Source of the DNA: the human T2T-CHM13v2.0 reference genome, Homo sapiens
Assembly (NCBI RefSeq): GCF_009914755.1
Contig: NC_060936.1
DNA: 64,000 nucleotides
Direction: 5' to 3' (one strand)
The notes beneath the pieces are model-generated. The model did not search any database, was not told where the DNA came from, and worked only from the letters and a program-made list of their open reading frames with translations. Below, piece after piece: positions 15,345 through 28,275 of the stretch (positions are counted from its first letter, which is position 1; every line of letters begins with the position of its first letter). The position numbers were made by a program, and so were the translations under genes.

Positions 15345-15631
15345 GTAAATCCCAATAAATTCTCAGTAAACTCTGTCTCCATTTTTCCCTGAAAAATTGA
15401 TCAGTTCTCCAGTGTCTTCTTATCATCCTTGTCAGGAATTGGCTAATATCAGTGCCCCAGAGATATAAACAGTTTTCTCCCAACCTTGATTCTGGGGACC
15501 ATGAGTAAAGAAATTTGATTTTTCACCACCCTAATGTGGATTAAGAGGAGTTCTAATTAGGAAGCCTTGGGAAGGGGGGAGGTTGGGAGTTGAGAGGCAG
15601 GTCAGGGAGAGAGGGGCCGGCCGTGTGGTGA

Positions 15632-16102
<471 letters not shown>

Positions 16103-17265
16103 TCTAGGATTCAATGACAGGTATGATTCCAGTTTATTATCCATCAAAGGCTCCAACTGCTACAGTTCTCCAACTTCATTGTGCCAGTGAATCTATTGAA
16201 AAGCTGTTAATATTTCCGTGTCCTGGAACACATTTCTCATGAGTTTTGTTCAAATATTCTGGGATAAGGTAGCAAGATCTTGTTTTTAAACAATCTCTTG
16301 AAGGCAATTCCAATTTTGAGAATCACTATCTTCAAATTACCTCTCTTAAATAGGGTTGGGAATGAGGACATAGAATCATGTTCTCCCTTTGGCACTCTGT
16401 TTCCTTTCCTCAAACTCAAAGACTCCCATTTATTTAAAGTTTTACCTGAACACTCCTTGTTCAGGACAGGCTCAGTCCTGCCTCACACTAGCATTTCAAG
16501 TCCAGTATTCCTGCTAAATGGTCCTTGGACTTTTAGCTGTTAAATGGTATCTCATTTTTTAAAACACATTTCACATTTAAAGTCATACATGCTTAAGCTA
16601 ACAAAAACTAATCTCACTGAATAGACATGTACCAAGCTAAATAGCAATTCATTTCTCCTCCCCTCTACCCTTACCAAAACTCCCACTTTTTACTGTTTGG
16701 AAACTCCTCTTTGAAATATTTATTGCTACATAACTATATATAATTTTCCCACCACTAATACCACACTTTATATTCAGTTCTGTGTCTTACTTATTGGAAA
16801 AATTTATTTCTTAGCTTTCACATGAGTTTATTTAGATCTCTTCAGTGTTTATTGGTTAGTTTTTTTTTTTACAATTATATATGATGCTATTGTTTGGTTT
16901 TTCCGTAATTTACTTAACCAATCCTTGTCACTGAACATTAAGGCTGCTTTCACACTGTCCCTATTACAGGATATGTTGCAGTCCCCATCTTTCTGAAAAT
17001 AACCCTTAACGTATCCAACAGCCACAAAGCATGAACAACCTAACAATAATCGTTTTTCGTCCTCATCTAAGCAACAGTTTAAAGCACATTACGTGCAATG
17101 GCATAGAAAGTGTGAACAAAGAAAATGATATTAAGGAGGGGGGCTGTAGAAGGGATAGAGGGCAAAAGGATGGTTTTGCATCTTCCTCACCGCAGTAAAC
17201 CAATGAGGTATTAGACATTTCCTGCCATGTCAAGTCTTGCCTATAATCTTCCTTGTCTTTTTCAG

Positions 17266-17362
17266 GAAGTGAATAAGAAGATGACAGTGTTTCAAATGCC
17301 TTGAAACATAATGTGATCATGCTCTAACTTCAATATACCAATAAAATAATCAGCTTGCAATT
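17266..17362 (+). other. PRH2: PRH2 exon 4 (3'UTR) with polyA signal
   Basis: Acceptor CTTGTCTTTTTCAG|GAAG at 17265/17266; AATAAA 17340-17345; 3' end approximate. Confidence 0.8.
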
Positions 17363-19164
17363 TCTGATTATAGCATCTCCTTCTGAGTGTTTGGGACTCT
17401 GGAATCTGAGACCCATGTTCACATTGTAAGAACATCCAGGACCCCTTCTCCTTGATGTTTCCAGCAAGCTTCTTTCCTCCTTATCCTTATTAAGTCATCT
17501 GCCTGGGGAAGGAGTTCCACTGTTTCTTTCCTTCTCTGTCTTCTTAGCTCGAATTTAAATTGCACAATTATTTTCAGGTCATTTCCTGATAGTCTAGTCA
17601 GCTTATGAATGTAAGCAAAACAGGACCAATGAAAGAAAGTCCCAGAAGCTGAGAGAAACTTTAACAAGTTTGAGAGTAACTTATTTTGTTTTCTAGGAAA
17701 GTGAGTATGGTTCTATGCCTGTATTCCCCAGAAGCCACTAGACCTATTTTCCCCTATTTTATCACTGATCAGTTCTGTCCCTGCCTATGATTCTTACCAT
17801 TCTTAAGAAAACCTGAATGGATTTCATCAAGGCGGCAGCATAATTTGAAGGGCAATTGCGTGTGAAAATTGATGTGACTTGATTTACACAATAGTCAGAA
17901 AACATTTTAGAAATTGATGACTTTATAATGCAACCAGGAGTATTGAAAAAAAAGTAAGCAATGAGCTCAAATAATTAAAAAAGAGAGACAAAATACACTT
18001 GGGAGAACAGAAATAAGAATTAATGAAAATTTAAAAGATTAAATGAATGAGAAGAAATGATTCATAAATTTTGAACTAACAGTAATAACTTCTTGAAAAT
18101 CCAATAAAATTGGCAAAAGATTGTGAAAATTCTGGAAGAATAAGGGAAACAGATAATCTTCAGAGTAATCAGGTAAAGCTTAAACAAGTGTTTTAAAAGA
18201 TGAGTTTTTCCTACATTCTGAAAAGCAAACATGAAAAACTGAACACAGTTTTTACAGATACACAATATGGAGTGACTTATATACAAAATGACCTTAAAAA
18301 TATATTAAACTCATTATAGTAGTTAATATCTAAGTAAAATATGATGAAATTTAATAGAGAATTCACTCCTCCCAAAAGCACCTTCATGGAAGATTCCTCA
18401 TTAACAGGCAGTCCTTTAGTATGCTGATTTATACAAAATGCTGAAAAGAAGAGAAATACCCCAAGTTCTTGAAAAAAAATTTTTTGATATGACTACTCTA
18501 ACAGTAATAACTATAAATCTCACTTTAAATAATTTAAAACAAATTAAAGTGATATATGAGTTAAATGACCAAGCAGACTTGATTCTAGGAATGTTAAGGA
18601 ATGTCCATTATTTGTTTTGGATAATGAAGTCAGCAGAGGAAAAAAAAATATGACCATCTCAAAAGATGCCAACGTTGTCTTTGATAATATTTAATATATT
18701 TTTTAAAAAACAATTCTTGTAAAATACTTTTTTGATTAGCCTTCTGACCATGATTAAAATGGTGTACCTCAAAGTAGCTGCTAACCTTATGTGTATCTGC
18801 AACACCCTGAAAAATTATCTAATGAAAAGGCACAAAGAAAAAGCTTGTCAATGTTGTGGATAATTAGAAAGTGAATAATTTTATTTAATATTAGATAAAC
18901 AAGCACATAACAGAGATACATATATTCAAATGGAAGGAGTAAAATTACCACCACATGCAGATCTGTTTTTCTGTCCAGAAAATAACAAGAGATTCTACTC
19001 AGGTAAAAAAGGAAAGGAAGGAAAACCATTGTAATTAAAATAAAATTTAATACAATAGCCGTTTATTAATTCAACTTCTAAAGAATCTTTGTGATTACAC
19101 AATGACCAGCTAGTAAATATAATAAGAAAATGATTATTCACAAAGGAACCAAAAGGCCTAGTCT

Positions 19165-19547
19165 TCGAATTTTTAATGCCATTGTGATAGCAAGCATCTG
19201 ATTATTTTACTCTAAGTTATTTCCACTTCTGATTTTAAGAACAGCTTCTTTCCCAGGGATGGGTTCCCCCTAGTGATGTATTCTCTTCACCACAAGAGTT
19301 TGCAGCTCTGGCTTTCTTTCTGCTCATCTGTAAAGATAACTACAGCTCCTCTATAAACCATCTCACCATTATTACCGAAATCAGACAAATTCTGGAGATA
19401 GTCAAAGCTGTGAGGATTCGAAGATCTCTTTCACATCTTGACCCAGTCAATTCCGTTCACCAGTGTTATGAATCCATTCCCCAAAATTCCAATTAGGAAT
19501 TATATATTTATTATTATAATGAGGATACTATACAAGGCATTTAGCAT
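19165..19547 (-). pseudogene. Truncated TAS2R pseudogene relic
   Basis: ATG 19547: MLNALYSILIIIINI*FLIGILGNGFITLVNGIDWVKM*KRSS, frameshift, ILTALTISRICLISVIMVRWF; 3' boundary uncertain. Confidence 0.85.
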
Positions 19548-22239
19548 GGCTGCAAAGAGAGAGCTCCAATGTCTAAATGCAACGCTGACAATTTCTTCAT
19601 CTATCACATGTACCTGTTATACATACTTATTAATTGGATGTGCAGTTAATTTCTTCCTTTAAAAAAAAACTATAGGCTCAATATGAAAGTAGAAAGCACT
19701 AAGGTGTACTAATGAATGGGCACATAGCTTTTTTCACAAAAAGATTATTTTGCCCCAGACAGCTATCTGCATTCTGATCCAGATACTGTATGTTCTTAAC
19801 ATAAAGTGAAATTTCTCATACTTCATGATGAAAGAAAAAACTGAATTCTCATTGTTAATAAACAAATAAAGACAATTCTCTGCATCATTGTGCATGTTTG
19901 CTTTATCTAATCTCTTCACAATTTGCTTATTAATTTTAATTGTTATCAATTGCATTAAAATTCAATGGATAGAAGTATAACATATAGCAAATATGTAAAT
20001 TAGTAGATGGAGTATATTGAGCACTAAAATCATCTCCACTGAGGAATGCTGAGGGAAGACTGAGGGGATATTTTCATAGTTTATCCAAAGCTCTTATAAT
20101 TCAAAGCATTGAAATTTACTGAATGAATCCAGAGGAGCCATAACTCCTGAATGCTGAGTGCTGATAATTTACATTTATTTATCAATTAATTGTTTGCAAG
20201 TTCCCGTATACACACACTTTGCAGAATAACCTTATAGGATTATTGTCCAGGAATGACTGCTGTCTTTTTGGCAATAAGAATATAGGGCTCAGGAAATCAC
20301 ATGGATTCAAAATCTTCGATTTTCTAATAATTAATTCTTGCTTCCTTCATTAATATTTATTAAGCTTATCCTGACATTAAAAAATATTATATATCAAAAT
20401 ATTTTAAAAACATAATTACCCTTGATATTCTCTAATACTTAACTGAAAATATCCAGGAACATTTGAGAACCATTTACAGGGCTTATGAAAACTGATAGAA
20501 CTCTATATTAATCCCACACAGCAGCCTCTTTGTTAAAGCCAGATAGGGACAATATTGAGAATGCAGAGGAACATCTGCAGAGCATGAATTGTCCTCATTT
20601 TGTACTTCTCCTCTACTCAGTAATACCCACTCCCCTAGAGTTATCAAAGGTTGGGTTTTATTCAGCTTCCCCACACCTCTGCTGAGCAACATCTGTTCTA
20701 TGGCTGTTAAATCTTACTCCAAAGTAAGTAAGTATAGGTTTGCTAAACAACACGGTGGAGTTAAATCCCAATATATTCTTATTTCTTCAAGAAAATTTTT
20801 AAATCAATAGAGAGCAATAAACTACATCAGCAAAGATCTGTAATGTTGTCTATATGATCCTCGAATTTGGAGGGATCCAGATTGAGGAGTTAAGCAGGCA
20901 AAAATGGGAAATTTTAAGAAAAAACTTTCAAGGATAGGAGCGCCAACACATGACCCAGGCAGAGGTAGGATGGACATTACAGGCTTGGCATCTTCCAGGA
21001 TATTGAGCTGAATCTGAGGAACACACCAATTCCTACAAGAATGAAAATGGGGTAATGGAGTAGGCTCTGAAACTGAATTTTCATGGGGCATTCGATGATG
21101 AAGCAGAACCTAGGCTCCAGGAAAGCTAGAACTCACTTCAGAGGAGCTCTCTGCTATTGCTCTCCTATCCCTCCCACCACCCCGCCCCCACACACATACA
21201 CACACCCCTGCAGCTTTCTTCCCTTAAAAACTTACTACTGGGGAAGACAAACCAGTAAGGTAGATAAGACAACAAGAATTCCTACATATTTTATTCCAGT
21301 AAACATAAGGCCCAGGCTAAGATCAAAAAATAAGAATAGGAAATAATAATATTTGATTCTTCCAAAGTTGCAAAGAGAAGCTTTCTAAGAATGCATACTT
21401 ATGTGCAGTTTTCCTCCTGAATTGTTTCTAATATGCCACTTGAGGTATACTTGACATGCAATAAGTTGTACAGATATAAAGTGTACAATTTCATGAGTGT
21501 CTCACCATGTGATACTCATCACATGTGAAACCATCACTATAATCAGGTAACAAACATATATAGTACCCCCAAAACTTTCCTTTATGTTCCTGTGTTATTC
21601 CTCCAACTTACCACTGCCCATTCTTTATCAAACCCCCAGTTACCAGGCAACCATGGATCTGCTTTCAGTCACTATAGATTACTTTCCATATTCTAGAATG
21701 GTATATAAATGGAATCATACATCATTGTGTTTTCTCTGTGCCCACAGATGCCTGTTTCTTCCTCTTTTTATAAAGACACCAGTCCTATTGTACTGCGGCC
21801 TCACTGTATGGCCTAATTTAACCTTAACTACCTACTTAAAAGCCTTATATCCAAATACAGTCACATTGAGAGTGTGGGCTTCAACACATGGATTTTGGAG
21901 ACAAACAAGTCAGTCCATAACAGTCTTTCTGAAGCAGATTGGTTATTAGCATTTTCAGTAAGGACGTATGTTTAGTAAACAGCCCTCATCTTTTTTTAAG
22001 GGGAGAGGGGAATGTTATTATTTAATTCAAACCCCAGAACAAATTTTTAGCAAAGAATTCAGGATTACGGTTACATTCCTTAGCCCTTGAAAAAATGAAT
22101 CAACTGTCTTCTGGCATACAGTTCTTTGACACAATTTTTCATGTTATTCAAACTGGGATTATCTTCCCCTTTTGGAGATTACCTCTCACTACCTTGCAGC
22201 TGCTTTCTGAATTCCCATTTGCCTCTAAGGTTGCAATTT

Positions 22240-22243
<4 letters not shown>

Positions 22244-22283
<40 letters not shown>

Positions 22284-22293
22284 CGTGCGTGTG
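22244..22293 (+). repeat. (TC)n(TG)n compound microsatellite
   Basis: Seen directly. Confidence 0.95.
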
Positions 22294-23290
22294 TATGAAT
22301 ATGTATATTGTATTTTATTAAATCTAGAATGCATAGACTAGAAGACATGTCATTGTTTTATGTACCACCATTAACAAGTATCATTATTTTAATTGGTCAG
22401 AGGAGAGGGAAAATATGATCATCTTAATAAACAGCAAAAAATTTGATAGTTTTTAACAGAGATTTTATTACAATACTATACACAGGAAGATAGGAAACAA
22501 ATATTCTCCCTGAAGAATATTTTTAAAAGAATTTATCTCAAAGCTAGAGTCAGTATTACGTTTATTGTTAAAACACTAGAAAACACTCCATTTGCAAAGA
22601 CAGCAGTTACGATCAGGATTACTTAACACTTTGAATGTTCAAACCATTTCATTATACAACTGATACCAAAAAAGAATTACAAGTAGTAAAATGGAGAAGT
22701 AAAATAATCATTATAAGTCACTATATGCAGATGATATAATTTTCTATCTGCAAAGCCAAGAGAATGAGCAAAGCAAATGTGGTAGTTTAGTAAGGCAGCT
22801 GGCTTCTAATTCAACAAACGAAGCAAATTACTTTTTTGCATACACGCTAATCAGGTACTAAATATTATACAAAAATTAAAAACACTTAATATAGGTACTA
22901 AAATTCCATATTCTTTTATGTACTTTATCTACCAGATTGAGATGTAAGTTTAAGAAGCCTATTTTTAGTAACTGTGTCACATACATACATACACACATGT
23001 ATTTTATACATTATAGGTTTTCTCATTTAAAAATCTCAAAAAAGGTGAATGATTGATACAAAATCTATATTATCTGTTTGTATAAGAACTCTTTATAGTA
23101 TTCGCATTCTTCTCTGTATGGTAATATACATACTTTCATATATCCTAATTTGTGATATGTTTGGATGGTGTTGATTCCAAGCATATCTTTGTAAAATTCA
23201 CAAAGTTATACACAATGAAAGAATCTTAAGGAAGTATAAATTTATATAACATACAAGAATTTCTTAGGAGCTATTTTTTTTCTAATATAT

Positions 23291-24244
23291 TCAAGATGAT
23301 TCTCTAAATTCTTTGTGACCTGAGGGCTCCCCATCTTTGAACATGTACCTCAGCCACAGTAGCACTGACAGAGAGGCCTGTCTCAGCTTCTTGTTTCCAA
23401 GAATCAGAACACATGAGTGACATGAAGGATAAGCCATTCCCATCACCTGGGAAAGAATAATTAGATTTTCCTCCAACCTTTCAGAGGTCCAAACTGATAT
23501 GAAAAAAGACAGAGAGAAAATGGCATAGAGTAGGAAGAAAGTGATCACACTTTTAACTCCTCTGTGGGCTTTGGTGCTGGCGTCTCCGGATATTTTGACA
23601 GTGTGCTGCATCTTCTTGCGATGTTTCCACATGGAGAAGATGAGGAGAAGAAACATTGCCAGGGACAAAGTAAAGGGTATGAAAATGAACACAGTGCTGG
23701 TTAATACAATAAGACTGGAAAATCGTGTAAAGTTACTTGAATCAGAACTGCAAGTCTTGTTTCTTCTGTATCCATTGATACTGGCATTTATATGGATGTT
23801 TATCAGTGCAATATTTAAAAACAAGAAGACCGAAGTCACAAGAAGCAGCACCAAAACCACCTTTTTAACTCTCCACTTTAGGTAGAGAAAAATAGAGTTA
23901 GAAAAATTGGCTATCTTGAGAAAATAAAAAGTACCGAGGCCTGTAGCTAACCAGACACTAAAATGATTGATCACTGTCCAGATATTAGTAAGCATTCTGA
24001 ACATTTTTTCAGTGGCAAATAAAGCTGGGAAAAACACAGACACACACCAGCTTCCGAATATTAACCAAACCAGGCTAATTCGAGAGATTGCCAAAGCAGT
24101 GAGGATCCGATCAACCGAAGAGATCTTTCTACCCTTGACCCAGTCAATACAGTTCACCAGTGCTATGAAACTATTTCCTAAATTTCCAATTATAAATTCC
24201 ACAATTAAAACGAATGTAAATATGCTCTTTATGACACCACCCAT
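23291..24244 (-). CDS. TAS2R14: Bitter taste receptor TAS2R14 (317 aa, single coding exon)
   Basis: MGGVIKSIFTFVLIVEFIIGNLGNSF...GEPSGHKEFRESS; 7TM with W89/N93/H94 and HSCVLILGNKKL; ORF intact. Confidence 0.98.
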   Translation of the reverse strand: MGGVIKSIFTFVLIVEFIIGNLGNSFIALVNCIDWVKGRKISSVDRILTALAISRISLVWLIFGSWCVSVFFPALFATEKMFRMLTNIWTVINHFSVWLATGLGTFYFLKIANFSNSIFLYLKWRVKKVVLVLLLVTSVFLFLNIALINIHINASINGYRRNKTCSSDSSNFTRFSSLIVLTSTVFIFIPFTLSLAMFLLLIFSMWKHRKKMQHTVKISGDASTKAHRGVKSVITFFLLYAIFSLSFFISVWTSERLEENLIILSQVMGMAYPSCHSCVLILGNKKLRQASLSVLLWLRYMFKDGEPSGHKEFRESS

Positions 24245-24537
24245 TGCCTGTAAGAGCATGCCCCAATGTCTAATATCACTGCTGAAGACTTCTTAATGCA
24301 TTCATCTAAAATGCTATGTATATCTGATTCTTGAAAATTCAATAATATATTCCCTTTAAAAAGGGAATGTTAAACCAGCAACCATCCAGATTTGCTAATG
24401 GCTGGGTTTAAAGCTCTCTTCATAAAAATCTCTGTATTTCCCCAGACAGCTCAGCTGAGCTTCATCCAGATGCTGTGTGCCTTATACACAGTAGGCTGAA
24501 GTCTTTTGTAGCTGGTGAGAAAGGAAACACTGAATTC

Positions 24538-24559
24538 TCATTTGTAAACATGCAAATAA
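24538..24559. promoter_or_regulatory. Conserved octamer element upstream of TAS2R14
   Basis: TCATTTGTAAACATGCAAATAA; ATGCAAAT at 24550-24557; homologous copies upstream of other TAS2R starts in this window. Confidence 0.55.
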
Positions 24560-24709
24560 GGACATATTTATTTTCATTGGTTTGTGTGTTTTTTTTTTTT
24601 TTTTGTCTTATCTACATACTTCAGTCTGTCAAATTGAGTTCTGGGGAAGTATCATTACAAAAATTGGTATATGAAACTTTGTAAGCACTGAGAATTTTTA
24701 CATACTTCC

Positions 24710-25060
24710 GTGTTTGGGTGGAGAAAAATGGGGAGATGATGGTGAAAGTTTACAGAACCTCAGTTAGACAAGAGGAATAAGTTTTGTTCTGCTTTTCTGA
24801 GATCTATTGAACAGCATTGTGAATATGGTTAATAATAGTGTATTGTACATTACAAAATTGCTGAAAAAGTAACTTTCAAATATTCTCACCATAAAAAAAT
24901 ATTTGTTACCTGTTATCTGTTATATTTATTATCATTTGAATACGTTAATTAGTTTCATTTAATTATTCCACATAGTATTCATAAATCATAACAACACCTG
25001 ATACCTCATAAATGTATGCAAGTAAAATATGTCAATTTACAATAAAAATAAAGAAAGTAA
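24710..25060 (+). mobile_element. L1MA-like 3' end
   Basis: TTAGACAAGAGGAATAAG...TATTGAACAGCATTGTGA...AAATATTCTCACCA; A-rich end. Confidence 0.7.
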
Positions 25061-26632
25061 AGAAAAATCAGATGGTTTTTTAAAGTTAAGTCTGTAAAGG
25101 GACTTATTCATAGTTATCCAAAGCTCCTCCTACAAAGTAGCAGAGTTTTCTAATAATCTTGTGGAAGACATTATTCCTAGAATGCTGGGTACCAAGAATA
25201 ATACTTTTCTATTATTTTACTTTTTACAAGTACATGCCCAGCAAACATGCGCGCACACACACAAACACACAAACGCATACATTTATTTGGGATCTAAATC
25301 TTTTTCTCTTTTCACTTAAATAATTCAGGCTTTTTACTTTCAGCATTTATTATGCATCTAGTTCATGTTTAGTACTGTGATAGTTTTAAACACATTTAAA
25401 AAGACTTGCAAGTTTATATTAAATAGTAATACATGTAAATATTCCGGAGACTTTGGAAATATTTTCTCTGTACATGTGAGAAGAGGTAGAAATCTATCTA
25501 TTGTCTCATAAAGCAGTCATTGTGTTTGAATGAGTTCATCCACATGGCAAGAATTCTTATTCTGTGCCTCTCCCCTGCCCAGTAGGGCATATTGCTTCAT
25601 CAGCACCAAATACCTTCACATTTTTTTCACATATACTCACTCTCCCAGCAACATCTACTCCATGATCCTCACTACAGGGACCAATGTAGATAAAGGATGA
25701 CATACTGTCTAGCCAAGACGGGGAAATCAGCAGCATGATACAGTCATTCTTCTTCAATAGCTAAAAAAGTAAGTAAAGTGAGCAAAGCACCAATGAAACA
25801 AATTCAGCAACAGCTACCAAACAAAGTAGAAAAATATGCCTCATAAACGTCAAAGATGGCAGAGAAAGATGTAAGGTGTTCCACTATGAAGAACTGATCC
25901 CTCACCTTCAGTCCCCTGAAGCAAAGCTAAGCAAAAATAAAATAAAATAAAACCAAAATATCTTGGAAATTACCGTATATTTAGTCAAGAGAGCTATTGA
26001 AAAGGCAAACTCAGCTAGCATGGACAAATATTAAGGAAAAATCCCAAGGCTAGAAGTACAAACGTACTATCCACATAGAGACAAGAAGGTTACCCTGGCC
26101 TCGCTATATCCAGGCAATAAAGATGAGGTTGGGAAAGAAGACAAAGAGAAAGACAAACTACCATGGTGGGTGGGGGGTTGTGTGGTGGGTTCTGTTGAGA
26201 CTTCATGGATACTTTGAAAAGAGAGCAGAGCTCACGTCTCCAGTGAGAGCTACAATAACCCCAGAGGGTCTCGCCCAAAGGACCTCAGCACTTGCATCAT
26301 TCATGCTGGGTTGAAAACACTAGGTTTTCATTGGAACAACAGCTCTTAGGGAAAGGCAATCTTTTTCAGAAAAAGAGCAGCAAAAATAATAATTCCCACA
26401 CACTACATCCAGAAATTAGAATAAAAACTCAGTTCCTCAGAGAAGAGCAGTGTCTTAATCCATTTCAGTGTCAAAGTTACATTTAGGTGTATACAGAACA
26501 GATTAGTGTGTTTCATTTTAACTTTTTTATGCATCAAAATTTATGTACTAACTGTATCAAATGTTTGAATTTATTTATTATTAAAATTTATTATTTATTT
26601 ATTATTAAAATTTATTATTATTTATTAAAATT

Positions 26633-28272
26633 TATTTGAATATTTCTCCCTTCACTTCTTGTATCATATTTTTGGATTTCCTTGCATTGGGCTTCACTTT
26701 TCTCTGGTGCCTTTCTGATTAGCTTAATAACTAACCTCCTGAATTTTTTTTCAGGTAAATCAGGGATTTCTTCTTGGTTTGGATCCATTGCTGGTGAGCT
26801 AGTGTGATGTTTGGGGAGTGTTAAAGAGCCTTGTTTTGTCATATTACCAGAGTTGGTTTTCTGGCTCCTCCTCATTTGGGTAGGCTCTATCAGAGAAAAG
26901 ATCTAGGGCTGAAGGCTGTTGTTTAGACTTTTTTGTTCCAGAGGGTGTTTCTTTGATGTAGTATTCTCCCTTTTTTCCTATGGATGTGGCTTCCTGACAG
27001 CTGAGCTGTAGTAATTGTTATCTCTCTTCTGGATCTAGTCACCAAGAAAGTCCACCAGGCTCCAGGCTGATATTGGGGTTGTCTGCACAGAGTCCTGTGA
27101 TGTAAACCATCTGTTGGTCTCTCAACTGTGGATACCAGCACCTGTTCTGGTGGAGGTGGCAGGGGGGTGAAATGGACTCTGTGAGGGTTCTTAGCTTTGG
27201 GGGTTTAATGCTCTATTTTTGTGTGGTTGGCCTCCTACCAGGAGGTAGTTCTTTCTAGAGAGCATCAGCTGTGATAGTATGAAGAGGCACCGGCAGTGGG
27301 TAAGTCACTAGAACTCTCAAGAGTTTATGCCCTTTGTGCTCAGAATACCAGGGTGGGTAGGGAAGTACCATCAGGTGGGGCAGAGCTAAGCATGTCTGAG
27401 CTCAGACTCACTCTCTCCTGCTGTGGCTGCTAGGGGGGATGGGGCTGAGGTTTCCAGGTTAATGGAGTTATGCACCTAGAAGGAAGCTGCCTCTGCTGAG
27501 TCATGCAGGTTGTCGTGGAAGTGAGAGAACGCTGGCAGTCACAGGCCTGACCCAGCTCCCATGCAATCCAAAGGGCTGGTCTCACTCCCACCATGCCTCC
27601 CCAATGGCACCCTGTCTGTTTCCAGACAGTCGGCAAGCAGGGCTGAGAACTTGCCACAGGCTACCCACCTCCTAGCTGTGAAAGAAAGTAGGACTTTAGT
27701 TCTTCCCCTGCCTATTTAGTCTGCACAATGGATTTGAACTCTTCCCTCAGTTCTGGCCAGGAGGCTTCTTGATGACTTCAAATTGTTCCAAAATTCAGCT
27801 GGTGATTTCCTTCTCTCTGTGGCATTTCCCTCTTGTCACCCTCCCAAAGGATCTTTGTGATGCCACACAGGAATAGCCTGCTTGAGGACCCAGCGAGCTC
27901 ACAGGGCCTTTTCTACTGCTCCCTCTATTCCTGTATTTTGCTCAGCTCTCTAAATTGACTCAGCTCCAGGTAAGGTTGTAATCTTTTCCCATAAAATAGA
28001 CCTTCAGTTTTCCCAGGGGAGGTTGTGTTTGGGGGCAGAGGATCTCCCTTTCCCACTTCTGCAATTTGGGCCTTCACAGTATTTGGGGTGTCTCCCAGGT
28101 TCTGCAGGAGCAGCCCACTTTCTTCAGAAAACCTGTGGGTCCTCTCGCATTTCCTGATTTTTTTCTGCAGTCTTTCTGGAGCTAAAATTCATGATGCAAG
28201 CCTTCACAAGCTCCTCTGTCTTTCCAAGTCAGAACTGCAATTTAGTCCTGCCTCCCATCCACCATGATGGAG
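26633..28272 (-). mobile_element. L1PB-type 5'UTR and ORF1 N-terminus (rest deleted)
   Basis: ORF1 start MRRSQKTNSGNMTKQGSLT...DPNQEEIPDLPEK; 5' terminus GATGGGAGGCAGGACTA on minus strand. Confidence 0.75.
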
Positions 28273-28275
28273 CTG

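Noticed and set aside
22464-22566. Minus-strand AATAAA candidates for TAS2R14 (22464-22469, 22561-22566)
   Set aside because: AT-rich context; cannot choose a site without 3'-end data.
23541-24296. + strand ORFs antisense to TAS2R14 (likewise 49708-50403)
   Set aside because: Shadow ORFs of the receptor CDS with no independent support.
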